Source: a virus | Strand: one strand, 5' to 3' | IMG/VR virus record: IMGVR_UViG_3300017991_000083 | Location: 27,367-91,366 of that record | DNA length: 64,000 bases | Part shown: one piece after another, positions 35,208-44,311 of the stretch | How the letters are laid out: each line of letters opens with the position of its first letter | Position numbering within the stretch: the first letter of the stretch is position 1 | Notes under the pieces: generated by a model | Seen by the model: only the letters and a program-made list of their open reading frames with translations | Database searches by the model: none | Told to the model about the DNA's origin: nothing | Translations under genes and position numbers: made by a program

Positions 35208-36689
35208 CTAGCCCAGGCCCCCGGGCTGCAGAAAGAGCTTGTTCAGGGCGCTCTCGCGCCTCGAGAGGTAACGCACGATCCCGAGCTCGACTTCGGTCTC
35301 ATCCAGACCCTCGAGGCCTGGCGAGGACATCAGAGCATCATGCGATACCATCTTGGCCGCCGCCGGCATCTGGCCCGTAGCGGCCAGGGTCGCGGCCATG
35401 TCGACCGGAATGAAGTCAGACGAGATGAACGGCGTGTCCGCCCACTCCTCGTCGATGCGATCGAGACCAAGCTCCTCGCGGATCATGTTGATTGTGAGAG
35501 CGCCTATCTTCCAGTAGATCTCGTGGATCTTGGCGAGCTCCTCTTCGTCCTTCTGCAGGAACGCACGCCAGTCGAGATAGACGTCCCTGTAGCCGAAGCC
35601 TAGGTCGGACCAGATGACTTCCTGGTTGAAGTGGTGCTTGAACAGGCGCAGGTGCGGCGCCACAGCGTCGCGCTTGAACTGCTCCGTCTGCTCCTGCGAG
35701 TTCAGCTTGCCCGTGGTCTGGTCGACGACCCCCAGGATGAACGGGGGGACGCCGTACATCGCCGCGATCTTGAGCATGAGAACACGGCTGTACTCCTGGT
35801 ACTGCATCTCGTTCTGTGTGTTGGCCACCTTGGCGAACTGGACGCCGCCGCCGGCCGTACCCAGGAGCAGGGGCCGGTGCGGGTTGCCACGGAGCTCGTG
35901 ATCCCACCACTGGCGTATCCGGGTCATGGCCTCATTCACGGTCCCGCTCGGCAGGCCACTGAACATGACAGCGAACCGCGGAGTGGCGTCGTTCGCGAAG
36001 AAGTCCAGGTTGTACTGCGATGCGTAGAGCTCCGCTGTCACCGTCTGGCGGAGACTCTCGAGCGGCGAGAGCGGGTAGATGCGCCCGGACTCGGGGTAGG
36101 CGTTCATGTAGATGAGCTCGTCGCTCGGGAACTTGGCGACGACCTTGCCGCCGCCGTCGACCTGGTGGTAGGCCTCGGCGAGGCTACGGAAGATGCCCCG
36201 GTTGTCGACGTTCAGCTTGACCGTCTGTGAGGGCACCGAATAGAGCTCGAACGGGGTCTTGGTCCCCTTTCCGCTGACGGCCTTGACGACCTCCATCGCG
36301 CCGGCGCCGTAGATGAGAGAGTCCTTCGTCACGCGCTGACGGATGGCGCTGAAGCTCTCCGTCGTCGCGTTCGGGTTCGCGATGAAGTCCTCGATCTCTT
36401 CCTTGTGGCGCAGCGTTTCGTCGGAGACCTTACCGCCCTTCCCCGGGACCACCTTGACGATCGGCTCGACTGAGACGATCCGATTCGTTGTCCTGTCGAC
36501 GCAGACGCGCACCCACACGTTCCCGACATACATCAGTCGCATCTCGACGTAGGACAGGCCCTTATAGAGCTGCTTCGTCGGGAGCTCCTGTGCGTGCGAG
36601 AACTCCGGACCTCCGATCACGCTCTCCTTGCCCGAAGTCGCCATCGCAGGCAGGGGCGCCCGCGCTTTCTTCAGTCCGAATGCTGGCAT
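35208..36689 (-). CDS. portal protein (HK97 family)
   Basis: SPLESL, FFANDATP, EMQY and IAAMYGVPPFILG; TINMIREELGL. Confidence 0.92.
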   Translation of the reverse strand: MPAFGLKKARAPLPAMATSGKESVIGGPEFSHAQELPTKQLYKGLSYVEMRLMYVGNVWVRVCVDRTTNRIVSVEPIVKVVPGKGGKVSDETLRHKEEIEDFIANPNATTESFSAIRQRVTKDSLIYGAGAMEVVKAVSGKGTKTPFELYSVPSQTVKLNVDNRGIFRSLAEAYHQVDGGGKVVAKFPSDELIYMNAYPESGRIYPLSPLESLRQTVTAELYASQYNLDFFANDATPRFAVMFSGLPSGTVNEAMTRIRQWWDHELRGNPHRPLLLGTAGGGVQFAKVANTQNEMQYQEYSRVLMLKIAAMYGVPPFILGVVDQTTGKLNSQEQTEQFKRDAVAPHLRLFKHHFNQEVIWSDLGFGYRDVYLDWRAFLQKDEEELAKIHEIYWKIGALTINMIREELGLDRIDEEWADTPFISSDFIPVDMAATLAATGQMPAAAKMVSHDALMSSPGLEGLDETEVELGIVRYLSRRESALNKLFLQPGGLG

Positions 36690-36702
36690 CTACATCACGC
36701 TC

Positions 36703-37095
36703 CTATTCAGCCCCGAGATGCTGGTTCATCCAGATGATAACCAGCAGAGCCGGCACGCAGCACAGGGCCACGATCCACTGATTCCCGCCTGTCTCCAGGG
36801 CCCGCCAAAGGGCCTGGATCATTGTGGCCACAACCGATATCGCGGCCAGCAGAGTGAAGACGGATGTCGCCGCAGTCCCGATGCCGATGATGACCTCCCA
36901 CACACCAGAGGCCTTCTTGCCGAACACTGCGAGTGCCGCAGCGATGTTCTTCTTGCGGGCTTCCTTCTTCTGCGCCTGGGCCTTGGCCCGTTTCTCGCGC
37001 TTCAGGCGCTTCCTGTTCTCGATGCAGGTAGAGCAGGTGCAGTCCGGGGCATGTGCGCCAGGGAACTGCTCGTCGGCTGTACTAGGTGTCTCCAT
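36703..37095 (-). CDS. membrane protein with an N-terminal Cys/His cluster
   Basis: HAPDCTCSTC, basic helix, two TM segments; GGAGGAGG SD. Confidence 0.6.
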   Translation of the reverse strand: METPSTADEQFPGAHAPDCTCSTCIENRKRLKREKRAKAQAQKKEARKKNIAAALAVFGKKASGVWEVIIGIGTAATSVFTLLAAISVVATMIQALWRALETGGNQWIVALCCVPALLVIIWMNQHLGAE

Positions 37096-37744
37096 CGATG
37101 TCCTCCTCCCCCTCTTCGTCTCCCGGCTCCGGCTCCGGCTCCGGTGCGGCCTCCGGCTTCTGTATCCACCAGATCTGACGCTGCCAGGCGTCCTTGCCCT
37201 TCCGGAGCTCGTCGAGCCTCGCACGTGATGTCGTGTCGGGCAGGAGCCCGATGTCCAGACGGTGCATCGCGGCGAAGGCGCGGACGGCCTCCTCGATCTC
37301 GGGGTAGCGTGCGAAGTCGTGGCCGGCCAGGATGCCCCCGGGCCTGACGACACTCCACCAGGCACTGAGGACCCGGCGGTAGATCGGCTTGTTGTAGAAG
37401 TAGTCGATGTAGACGACGTCGGCGGCGTCCGGATGGGAGAACTGCCGGGCCTCGAGTCCGTCCAGGCGATGGATCTGGAACGCGGCCTCGTCTCTCTTCA
37501 GGGCCTCGGCCTTGACGTGCTCGTACATGGCATCCATGCGCTGACGCTCGCCTACGGTGTCACAGTTCGGGTGAGGGGCCCAGGGGTCGATGAGGACGAA
37601 ATGGGCGCCCTCCCAACCCCGATCGTAGAGGCCGAACGAGAGCTCGCCCTCGAGGACCCCGAGCTCAACTAGGACAGGCTCTGACTTGCCCGTCGATTCC
37701 AACAGTGAACCTACGCTCTCCCACTTCGTCTGCAGCGCTCCCAT
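37082..37744 (-). CDS. class I SAM-dependent methyltransferase (Methyltransf_24-like)
   Basis: VELGVLEG, LIDPW, DVVYID and VRPGGILAGHDF; start uncertain because it overlaps the terminase end. Confidence 0.88.
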   Translation of the reverse strand: MGALQTKWESVGSLLESTGKSEPVLVELGVLEGELSFGLYDRGWEGAHFVLIDPWAPHPNCDTVGERQRMDAMYEHVKAEALKRDEAAFQIHRLDGLEARQFSHPDAADVVYIDYFYNKPIYRRVLSAWWSVVRPGGILAGHDFARYPEIEEAVRAFAAMHRLDIGLLPDTTSRARLDELRKGKDAWQRQIWWIQKPEAAPEPEPEPGDEEGEEDIDGDT

Positions 37745-39467
37745 TGTCGCTATCCCCCTCTAGGGCCCCGAAATAGATGTCAGGGTCAAGGTGTATATCG
37801 TTCTCGATCTTGAAAGCAACAGCCGCGAGTCCGTCCGCGACGTCTTTGCTGCCTTTCAGTACTCCCTCTGTCGACTGACGCTCGTAGCTGAAGTCGGGAT
37901 GGTCGACCTTGTCCCCGCGCCTCTCGAGCTCTCTGAGCTCTCTCTGCAGGATGGGATGCGGATAGAACCGGATGAGGCCCTGGTAGAGCTTAGACTTCAT
38001 GGTGTCGTAGGGGGCCATCGACTTGTCGACACTGAGGGTACTGGCATCGATGCCGTGCCGTATGATGTCCTGGATGCTGTCAATCGACTGGAACCCGTCG
38101 AAGGTCACGTAGAGGATGTTGAACCCGTACATGGTCTTCAGGCGATAGACGAGCTGGCGGACCTCCATGAAATCGACCTCGCTCCCCGACTCCGACGTGA
38201 TCTGGAGCGCCAGGTCGATCTTGACTCCCTTGCGGGGCGTCTTCGGGTCGCTGTCGAGATTGCTCGTGATGTCGATGCCAAGCTCCAGGAGCTCGTCGAC
38301 GGTCCGCTGATCGTAGTGCGCGAACATCTGTTCTGCGTGCGCCATCACGAACGACGCGGCGTCACCGCGCTCTTTCGTCTTCCCTTTCGCGAGGTCGATA
38401 TGGACAACGTAGTGCCGGCCGAGCGAGCCCCTGAACCAGTCCTTGAACCCGATCGAACCGGGGCTGTCAGTAGACAGCAGGTCGCCCAGGATAGGATTCT
38501 CGCCATCGACCGCCTGCGGGATCGTCTGGCGCCGGCGGATGTAGCCTCCGATGTGGCCCTCGCCCTTGCACTCGAACGCCATCTGAGCACCCTCGGGATC
38601 CTCAGCGTACTCCTCTGCGAGGCCCTGGCGGTCGACGCCCAGGTTCACTTCCCAGGTCGCGTGATGAGACGAGAACACGTGGGGCTTGCTCTTGCCCTGC
38701 TTGAACAGGATCTCCATCAGGTCGTTATCGTGGTACTTGTAGGAGAGCAGGCACAGCTTCCCGTGCCCGCGGGAGAACCGGGACGTGATCGTACGCCTGA
38801 GCGCCTTGTACAGGTCCATCCCCTTCTTGACTCGGAAGGACCCGACCTCGTCCATGACAGCGAACAGGATGTTCAGGCCCTCGCCGGTGTACTTCTCGCT
38901 GTTCAGGGAGTGCGCCGTGATGCCGCGGGGGAAATTGATCTCGAGCTTCTTGCTATCCTTGCCTTCCTCGAGATCGACACCCTGCTCGGCGAACCAGTTC
39001 TGGCCCGTCTTCGGGTTCTTCGTGGCCTTGAGGATGCCCTTCAGGTTCGCGAAGAAGACGTCCTTGGCGAGCTTCGCGTTGATCGAGACGTTGACCAGGT
39101 CCAGCGGACTGCCCTTGGCCAGGCCGAGATGCTCCGCCGGCGACCGCATACAGAGCAGTCGGTAGATGACGTAGGCGAACAGCTTGGCGTTCGTCCGGTC
39201 CTTGCCCGAGCCCTTGCCCCAAAAGGCGTGCGCCTCCTGGATGTCAGTAGACCATTCGTAAGGGTCAGTCCCCAGGACGGCGTCGCAGTATTCCTGCTGC
39301 AGCGGGTACATCGGCTCGTGGAGAAAGTCGCGGAAGAACGTGCGGGAGTCTACTGGCTTCTCGTGCCAGAGCTCGTCAGAGTCCTTGGGCAGAGACCCAA
39401 ATGCGGACGCCAGAAGGGATTTGGTGGCCCGACGGACGTCGACGTCCGTCTTCTGTGCCCTCGGCAT
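37665..39467 (-). CDS. terL: terminase large subunit
   Basis: Walker A GKGSGKD, Walker B AVMDE, nuclease HIDLA...TFDGFQS...KDVADG; near the portal. Confidence 0.9.
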   Translation of the reverse strand: MPRAQKTDVDVRRATKSLLASAFGSLPKDSDELWHEKPVDSRTFFRDFLHEPMYPLQQEYCDAVLGTDPYEWSTDIQEAHAFWGKGSGKDRTNAKLFAYVIYRLLCMRSPAEHLGLAKGSPLDLVNVSINAKLAKDVFFANLKGILKATKNPKTGQNWFAEQGVDLEEGKDSKKLEINFPRGITAHSLNSEKYTGEGLNILFAVMDEVGSFRVKKGMDLYKALRRTITSRFSRGHGKLCLLSYKYHDNDLMEILFKQGKSKPHVFSSHHATWEVNLGVDRQGLAEEYAEDPEGAQMAFECKGEGHIGGYIRRRQTIPQAVDGENPILGDLLSTDSPGSIGFKDWFRGSLGRHYVVHIDLAKGKTKERGDAASFVMAHAEQMFAHYDQRTVDELLELGIDITSNLDSDPKTPRKGVKIDLALQITSESGSEVDFMEVRQLVYRLKTMYGFNILYVTFDGFQSIDSIQDIIRHGIDASTLSVDKSMAPYDTMKSKLYQGLIRFYPHPILQRELRELERRGDKVDHPDFSYERQSTEGVLKGSKDVADGLAAVAFKIENDIHLDPDIYFGALEGDSDNGSAADEVGERRFTVGIDGQVRACPS

Positions 39468-39512
39468 GAAGCCCCCTGCTACGCTGAGGCCGGATCCAGT
39501 GTCGTCGGCCGC

Positions 39513-39567
39513 AGTATAACAGGGGGCAACAAGGGTGCAAACTGAAAGTGCTCAGATGTTGAACAGC
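39513..39567 (-). promoter_or_regulatory. terminase promoter with conserved late element, copy 3
   Basis: Minus strand TTTGCA-N17-TATACT with TG extension; TGCTCA-GATGT-TGAACA at 39549-39565. Confidence 0.6.
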
Positions 39568-39953
39568 TACTTCGGCAGTTCTATCTCGAGCTTCGCGAAA
39601 GCGATGGTCCTCATGTCGTTCAGATGATTCCAGAGAGTAGCCTGGACGTCGGGACTGTCTCTCTCTGCATCCTTCGGTCGCAGGCCCGTCCGCCAGAGCT
39701 CGTCCATCAGCATCTGCGCCTCATCTTCCGTGAGAACGAACGCCGGTCTGGATATCTCCATAGGGTCCGTCTCGCGGACGGCGAAGGACGTCACCGTAAG
39801 CATCCGACGGACGCCGTCACCCATGACCTGCCGCATACCGAAGAAGAACTCGTAACCGTCTGAGGCGAAGTTGTAGTTGGCATGGAGTCTGAGCCTGACG
39901 CCCGGCTCCGACTTCATCGTTCCCTGGATGGTGTCCCTGTAAGGCTCGCTCAT
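39567..39953 (-). CDS. hypothetical phage protein
   Basis: AAGGGGG SD; AQMLMDELWRTGLRP...HLNDMRTIAF. Confidence 0.7.
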   Translation of the reverse strand: MSEPYRDTIQGTMKSEPGVRLRLHANYNFASDGYEFFFGMRQVMGDGVRRMLTVTSFAVRETDPMEISRPAFVLTEDEAQMLMDELWRTGLRPKDAERDSPDVQATLWNHLNDMRTIAFAKLEIELPK

Positions 39954-39978
39954 CAGCGCCCCCTTTTGACTCACCCGT

Positions 39979-40003
39979 TTGACATAACCGCTGTTATGTA
40001 CAA
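39979..40003. promoter_or_regulatory. AT-rich inverted repeat, candidate operator
   Basis: TTG-ACATAAC-CGCT-GTTATGT-A-CAA in an intergenic gap. Confidence 0.4.
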
Positions 40004-40040
40004 GAAGCGGGCGATTTTGTGACAATACATCCTGTCGGCT

Positions 40041-40325
40041 CTACGGTATCGTCGTTCGGTGCCGATCCGCGAGCTCGGCGGTCTTCCCCTTGTTCCAGCC
40101 GCTCACACGCGAGAAGTAGCCCGTGACCCGCGTGATCTGCGTCACGTCCTTGCCCTGGGCCGTCGACTTCAGGATGGTCTCGGCACCGTTCTCCTCGACG
40201 GCCTTGAACGTGACATGGGTCAGGGTCTGGAATCTGTCGTTCTTGATGAGGATGCCCTTGTCGTCCATCTGGTAGTCCAGATGACTTGCAGCGTCAATGA
40301 TGTCTTGCAGCTCCGCGAGTTCCAT
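40041..40325 (-). CDS. stand-alone NrdD-type glycyl-radical domain protein (94 aa)
   Basis: ITRVTGYFSRVSGWNKGKTAELADR matches the class III RNR C-terminal glycyl loop. Confidence 0.85.
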   Translation of the reverse strand: MELAELQDIIDAASHLDYQMDDKGILIKNDRFQTLTHVTFKAVEENGAETILKSTAQGKDVTQITRVTGYFSRVSGWNKGKTAELADRHRTTIP

Positions 40326-40414
40326 GATGCCTCTACTTGCTGAAGTCGTGCCTGTCACGGAGCGAGTCTATCGCCCGCTGGATCTCATCGACCTCGGCCT
40401 GACGACCGAACCTC

Positions 40415-41311
40415 TTAGCCTTTGCCAGCTTCCTTCGGAGCCGCCTGAGCTCCGTCTCCTTGTCCTGCACTCTCTCCGCCGTCGTGATTCTCTTCCCCAT
40501 TCGGCGCATGTGTCGTCAACTCCTCAATCCTGAACGGACGCCCCGTGGCGACCGCCTTGGATATCTGCCTGTATATCCTCATCAGCGCATCGAGCTCTTC
40601 CGGGGCATCGCCGTGGACTCTGGCGGCCGGCAGCGCTCCCCGGAAATGCCGGTATTGCGGCTGATAGAGATTGCCGGCCGAGACGCGCATGTGCCCTGTC
40701 CCGAGCCGATCTGCGAGTTCCTCCATCGCCAGGTCGAAATGATGCCGCTTGCCCGACCCCGCGTCGATCGCCATCCATCGGTCCGTCTCGAGCGTGCTCA
40801 GGAACCACATGGCGCGAGCGTTGTAGAAGCGCCAGAGGTCCAGGCCTTGGCCCAGGTCCATGCCCCATGCACGCTGCAGGGACAGGGCCACTTCGGCCGG
40901 CGACCGGACAACGTAGATCACCTGGATGTTCTCGGGCTTGTAGACCTCGAGCGCGGCCGCGTACCAGTAGGGGATCAGCACACAGAGCCGGGGATCCTTG
41001 ATGACGCTGACCTTGTGCTTCGCGAACTTACGAACGACCCCCATGATGCAGTCGCGCTGAACGCACGTGACCATCGGGGGCTGTTGTACCTTGCGCCAGC
41101 TCGTGCCGGACGCCTCGAGGATACGTTCGTTGAGGCGATACACCTTCTTAGACTCGAAGTAACCGGGCACGTTTCTGTCGTTCGCCGCGAGGAGATCGGC
41201 CCCCTCGGCAACGAACGCGCCCAGGCAGAGCTGCACCATCCGCGTGATGCAGCTCGTCAACGAACGGTGCATTCCTACGACGAACACGAGCTTATTCGAG
41301 CTCTTCGTCAT
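40415..41311 (-). CDS. sulfotransferase-family protein
   Basis: VVGMHRSLTS, GYFE, IKDPRLC and YVVRSPAEVALSL. Confidence 0.85.
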   Translation of the reverse strand: MTKSSNKLVFVVGMHRSLTSCITRMVQLCLGAFVAEGADLLAANDRNVPGYFESKKVYRLNERILEASGTSWRKVQQPPMVTCVQRDCIMGVVRKFAKHKVSVIKDPRLCVLIPYWYAAALEVYKPENIQVIYVVRSPAEVALSLQRAWGMDLGQGLDLWRFYNARAMWFLSTLETDRWMAIDAGSGKRHHFDLAMEELADRLGTGHMRVSAGNLYQPQYRHFRGALPAARVHGDAPEELDALMRIYRQISKAVATGRPFRIEELTTHAPNGEENHDGGESAGQGDGAQAAPKEAGKG

Positions 41312-41633
41312 CGTCCTCTTCCGCTGACGGCTCTATCACGCCGGCGTCCTCGAGCTCCTTCTGCACAAGGATCTTGAAGGCGTCGAGGTCGAACGCGCCG
41401 GACTCCGCCAGCTCACCCGCGATCTTCTCGAGCATCTCTTTCTGCGACTCGAGCCGGCCTATCGTGATCTTGAGCGAGAGCGCGGTCCGATTGGCCCGAA
41501 GGATACGGGACTCCAGCTCCGCGACATTCCGGGCCAGTGCGATCTCGGCCTGTCCTCCAGACAGTTTCTCCTTGTCCTTCGGGGGCTGCTTCCGACGCCG
41601 CGCCTCCGAATCTCGCTTCTTCCCTAGAGCCAT
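41292..41633 (-). CDS. hypothetical coiled-coil protein
   Basis: GGAGGGG SD; basic N-terminus and acidic C-terminus. Confidence 0.65.
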   Translation of the reverse strand: MALGKKRDSEARRRKQPPKDKEKLSGGQAEIALARNVAELESRILRANRTALSLKITIGRLESQKEMLEKIAGELAESGAFDLDAFKILVQKELEDAGVIEPSAEEDDDEELE

Positions 41634-41723
41634 ATCCCCTCCCGATGTAGCAGGGGCCGCCGTCGCTCGTCGTGCCCGATCCTTTCGGCAAGCTCGAGAG
41701 CGCCCCGTCAGGGACGACGGCCC

Positions 41724-42119
41724 CTAAGGCGTCAGCCTACTGGACTCCTGGAGCATGATGTACTGCGCGATGACCTGGCTCTCCCCGTCCGCGTCGACAT
41801 TCGCCAGGGCTCCGAGACGGAGCTTGGCACCGGCGTTGTAGCGGTACTGCGGCGAGACGTCGACGTAGGACGCGGGCGGGACAGTGATCGTCTCGATATC
41901 GACCCACCCTGCACCTGTGTCCTCCTGAATCGTGTACTGCATCGCCACAGACCCGCCGTTGATGACAAGCAGGGTGTGGATCAGGGTCTTCCGCGGGAGA
42001 GTGACGTTGAAGATGATAGCCGGGCCGGCGGTCGGGTTCGCGACAGCCGGCGGCGAGTACATCTTTGTGAGCCCTACTTCCGCGAGCCAGTCGAACAGAG
42101 TGTTCCGATCGAATCCCAC
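41724..42119 (-). CDS. hypothetical beta-rich protein
   Basis: AGGAGGT SD with GTG start. Confidence 0.65.
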   Translation of the reverse strand: MGFDRNTLFDWLAEVGLTKMYSPPAVANPTAGPAIIFNVTLPRKTLIHTLLVINGGSVAMQYTIQEDTGAGWVDIETITVPPASYVDVSPQYRYNAGAKLRLGALANVDADGESQVIAQYIMLQESSRLTP

Positions 42120-42129
42120 AGGATACCTC

Positions 42130-42501
42130 CTACATCAGTCCGAAGAACGCAAGGATTCTCCAGAGCAGAAGAGCCCCGGAGATGATGACGAGGGCCGCCC
42201 CCAACGAGTTGAGCCGGTTCCCTTCGTCAATGACACTAGGCTCGTCGCGCCAGGTCAGCCGCGGCGCACCCTCGTCAACGATCACTGGCCGCCCACGAAA
42301 CATCCCGACACAGCCGCGCATCGAGTTGGCCTTGGGGCTGAAATTGGCCCGCGAGACGAACCCGACGTCACAGATAAGGTCGAAGTACTGATCCGGCGTA
42401 AGGTAGAGCGGGTCCCGCGGCCCCCCGTAACGGAGCTGAGGATACCTCTCGAGCGCGGTGCCCTTTGTCGTTGTGCGAGCGAGCCCGAACCGGACTGCCA
42501 C
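42130..42501 (-). CDS. hypothetical protein with a C-terminal TM segment
   Basis: AGGGGG SD; hydrophobic C-terminus. Confidence 0.55.
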   Translation of the reverse strand: MAVRFGLARTTTKGTALERYPQLRYGGPRDPLYLTPDQYFDLICDVGFVSRANFSPKANSMRGCVGMFRGRPVIVDEGAPRLTWRDEPSVIDEGNRLNSLGAALVIISGALLLWRILAFFGLM

Positions 42502-42633
42502 TGCGTTGCCCCCTAGAGGAAACGGGGGAGTCGGCGGGTCCTAGAAGGTGGGGGTCCCATGTCCAGCGTCTAGGAGATGAATTGCGAGAGCTGACCGGAG
42601 TGGTCAGGTGGGAGCCGACTCCCCCTACATCAG

Positions 42634-43143
42634 CTATCGGTTCGCGGTCTTCTGCCGCTCGACGTTGCCTTGATCGAATGAAAGATCGACGATGCTCGCC
42701 ATGAAGCCGAAAGACACATCGCGCTCCGCGAAATCGTACCTCAGATACGGGCCCACGTTCACTCCGAAGTAGTCTGCCCAACTCACTTCGATCCCCATGT
42801 CTCGTAGGTTCCCGAGATCGTAAGTGAGGCCGAGCACACCCGCAACGGGACCGTGTGCCTCCGTCTTCTCGTCGACATCGATCTCGGCGCCGCCCTCGAG
42901 TGTTACCTTCCGGTAGCCGAGTATCGGGACCGTCAAGTACGGCGTGAACTCCTCCGTCTCGAAACTGAATAGCCCGCCGGAACGCAGCGACAACTGCCCG
43001 TACCAGTCATCGAATGCACTCGCAGGCTCCGCCTCTGCCGACTCCGCCGCCGGCGCCTCGTCCTCTGCCCAGGCGACTACCACTGGACACATCGCCAGGA
43101 GCGCCGCCAGGATCAGAACGAGCCAACAAGACAAGCGAACCAT
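42634..43143 (-). CDS. exported protein with amphipathic beta strands (outer-membrane-like)
   Basis: Signal peptide ending VAWA; alternating aromatic beta strands; GGAGGAGG SD. Confidence 0.6.
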   Translation of the reverse strand: MVRLSCWLVLILAALLAMCPVVVAWAEDEAPAAESAEAEPASAFDDWYGQLSLRSGGLFSFETEEFTPYLTVPILGYRKVTLEGGAEIDVDEKTEAHGPVAGVLGLTYDLGNLRDMGIEVSWADYFGVNVGPYLRYDFAERDVSFGFMASIVDLSFDQGNVERQKTANR

Positions 43144-43157
43144 CTCTCCCTCCTCCG

Positions 43158-43658
43158 TTATGGCCCTGGGCGCCGTAGATCCTCGATATCCGGGACCACC
43201 AGCATTCCCGTCATCCACGGAACCAGGACCAGTTCCATGCCGTAGATAGTCCACGTCCCCGCGGGGCCTGTCAAGTGCAAGTCGGACTTCACAGGGATGC
43301 GTACCGCCCCCATACGTTCCATCGTTCGTACCGTCCCGCTCGACAGGAACCTGTCGAACTTATCCCGTCCCATGTAGACGGTCAGGCGATGAGCCCGCCC
43401 GTAGGCCCGCAAAATGGCCTGGCGGGCGGCCAGGACCTCGTTCGCGATGTCGTGGTGCCTGATGACGAACCGCTGCATCGCAACGTAGTCCACACGATGC
43501 GCGTACTCCTTGCCGTACCGCGCCAGGACCCTCTGCGCGAGCCTCTGCAGTGGCCAGGTCCAGCGCGGCTTAGATCCGTCGAACTGGTACTGGCCATAGC
43601 ACAGGAACGAGGCCTGCAACGGGACAGGCTCCAGCATGTCGACTACCTGAGTATCCAC
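43158..43658 (-). CDS. hypothetical protein
   Basis: AAGGGGGAG SD; coupled to the upstream gene. Confidence 0.6.
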   Translation of the reverse strand: MDTQVVDMLEPVPLQASFLCYGQYQFDGSKPRWTWPLQRLAQRVLARYGKEYAHRVDYVAMQRFVIRHHDIANEVLAARQAILRAYGRAHRLTVYMGRDKFDRFLSSGTVRTMERMGAVRIPVKSDLHLTGPAGTWTIYGMELVLVPWMTGMLVVPDIEDLRRPGP

Positions 43659-44311
43659 TACTCCCCCTTGACAATGAACATGTCATCCGGGCTGTGCTCG
43701 TATCCGTAGCGCCCTGCCAGATTCATGATGTCGACCGCAAGTCGGGGATCGGCGGTGAAGAGGTCGCTCCATCCTACCCCCGGGTGCTCCCGCGTGTTCA
43801 CGTTCCTGGGGATGGACTTCAGCACCCTCTTCGAGTAGCGGACGTCAAGCGTCTCACAGAGATCACGCAGGATGGCGTCGATGTTCTCGATGCGGAACGT
43901 CCGCTCCGCCTGACGCTCGAACATCAGGTTCATGAAGTACCAGAGCTGCATCGACCGGAGCAGCTTCGGCGCCCGCGGGTCCACTTTCGGCATCGTCTTG
44001 TGGATGTACCTCCAGGCGTGAGGTCCCATCGTCGACATCGAAGCGATTGTCAGGAGCGGCGCCCGGACCTGGTGGAACGTATGGGCAAACTCGACAGGCC
44101 CGCGCTCGTCACCGCCGTCGACCTTGACCCGGCGATAGGTGAACGGTTTCCCCTTCGCCTCGCGCCAGGACACCGCGCCGTCGTAGCCCATCGCCTCGTG
44201 TCGAACGTCCAGGCCCAGGGCCTGGAGCAACGTCGCCATATACATGGTCCCGCTTCGCGGGCATCCAACTACCAGAACCTTAGCTCGGTGGGGTCTCATC
44301 GGGCTCCTCAT
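43658..44311 (-). CDS. sulfotransferase-like P-loop protein
   Basis: VVGCPRSGT, VRHE, HQVRAPLLTIAS and FRIENI. Confidence 0.8.
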   Translation of the reverse strand: MRSPMRPHRAKVLVVGCPRSGTMYMATLLQALGLDVRHEAMGYDGAVSWREAKGKPFTYRRVKVDGGDERGPVEFAHTFHQVRAPLLTIASMSTMGPHAWRYIHKTMPKVDPRAPKLLRSMQLWYFMNLMFERQAERTFRIENIDAILRDLCETLDVRYSKRVLKSIPRNVNTREHPGVGWSDLFTADPRLAVDIMNLAGRYGYEHSPDDMFIVKGE

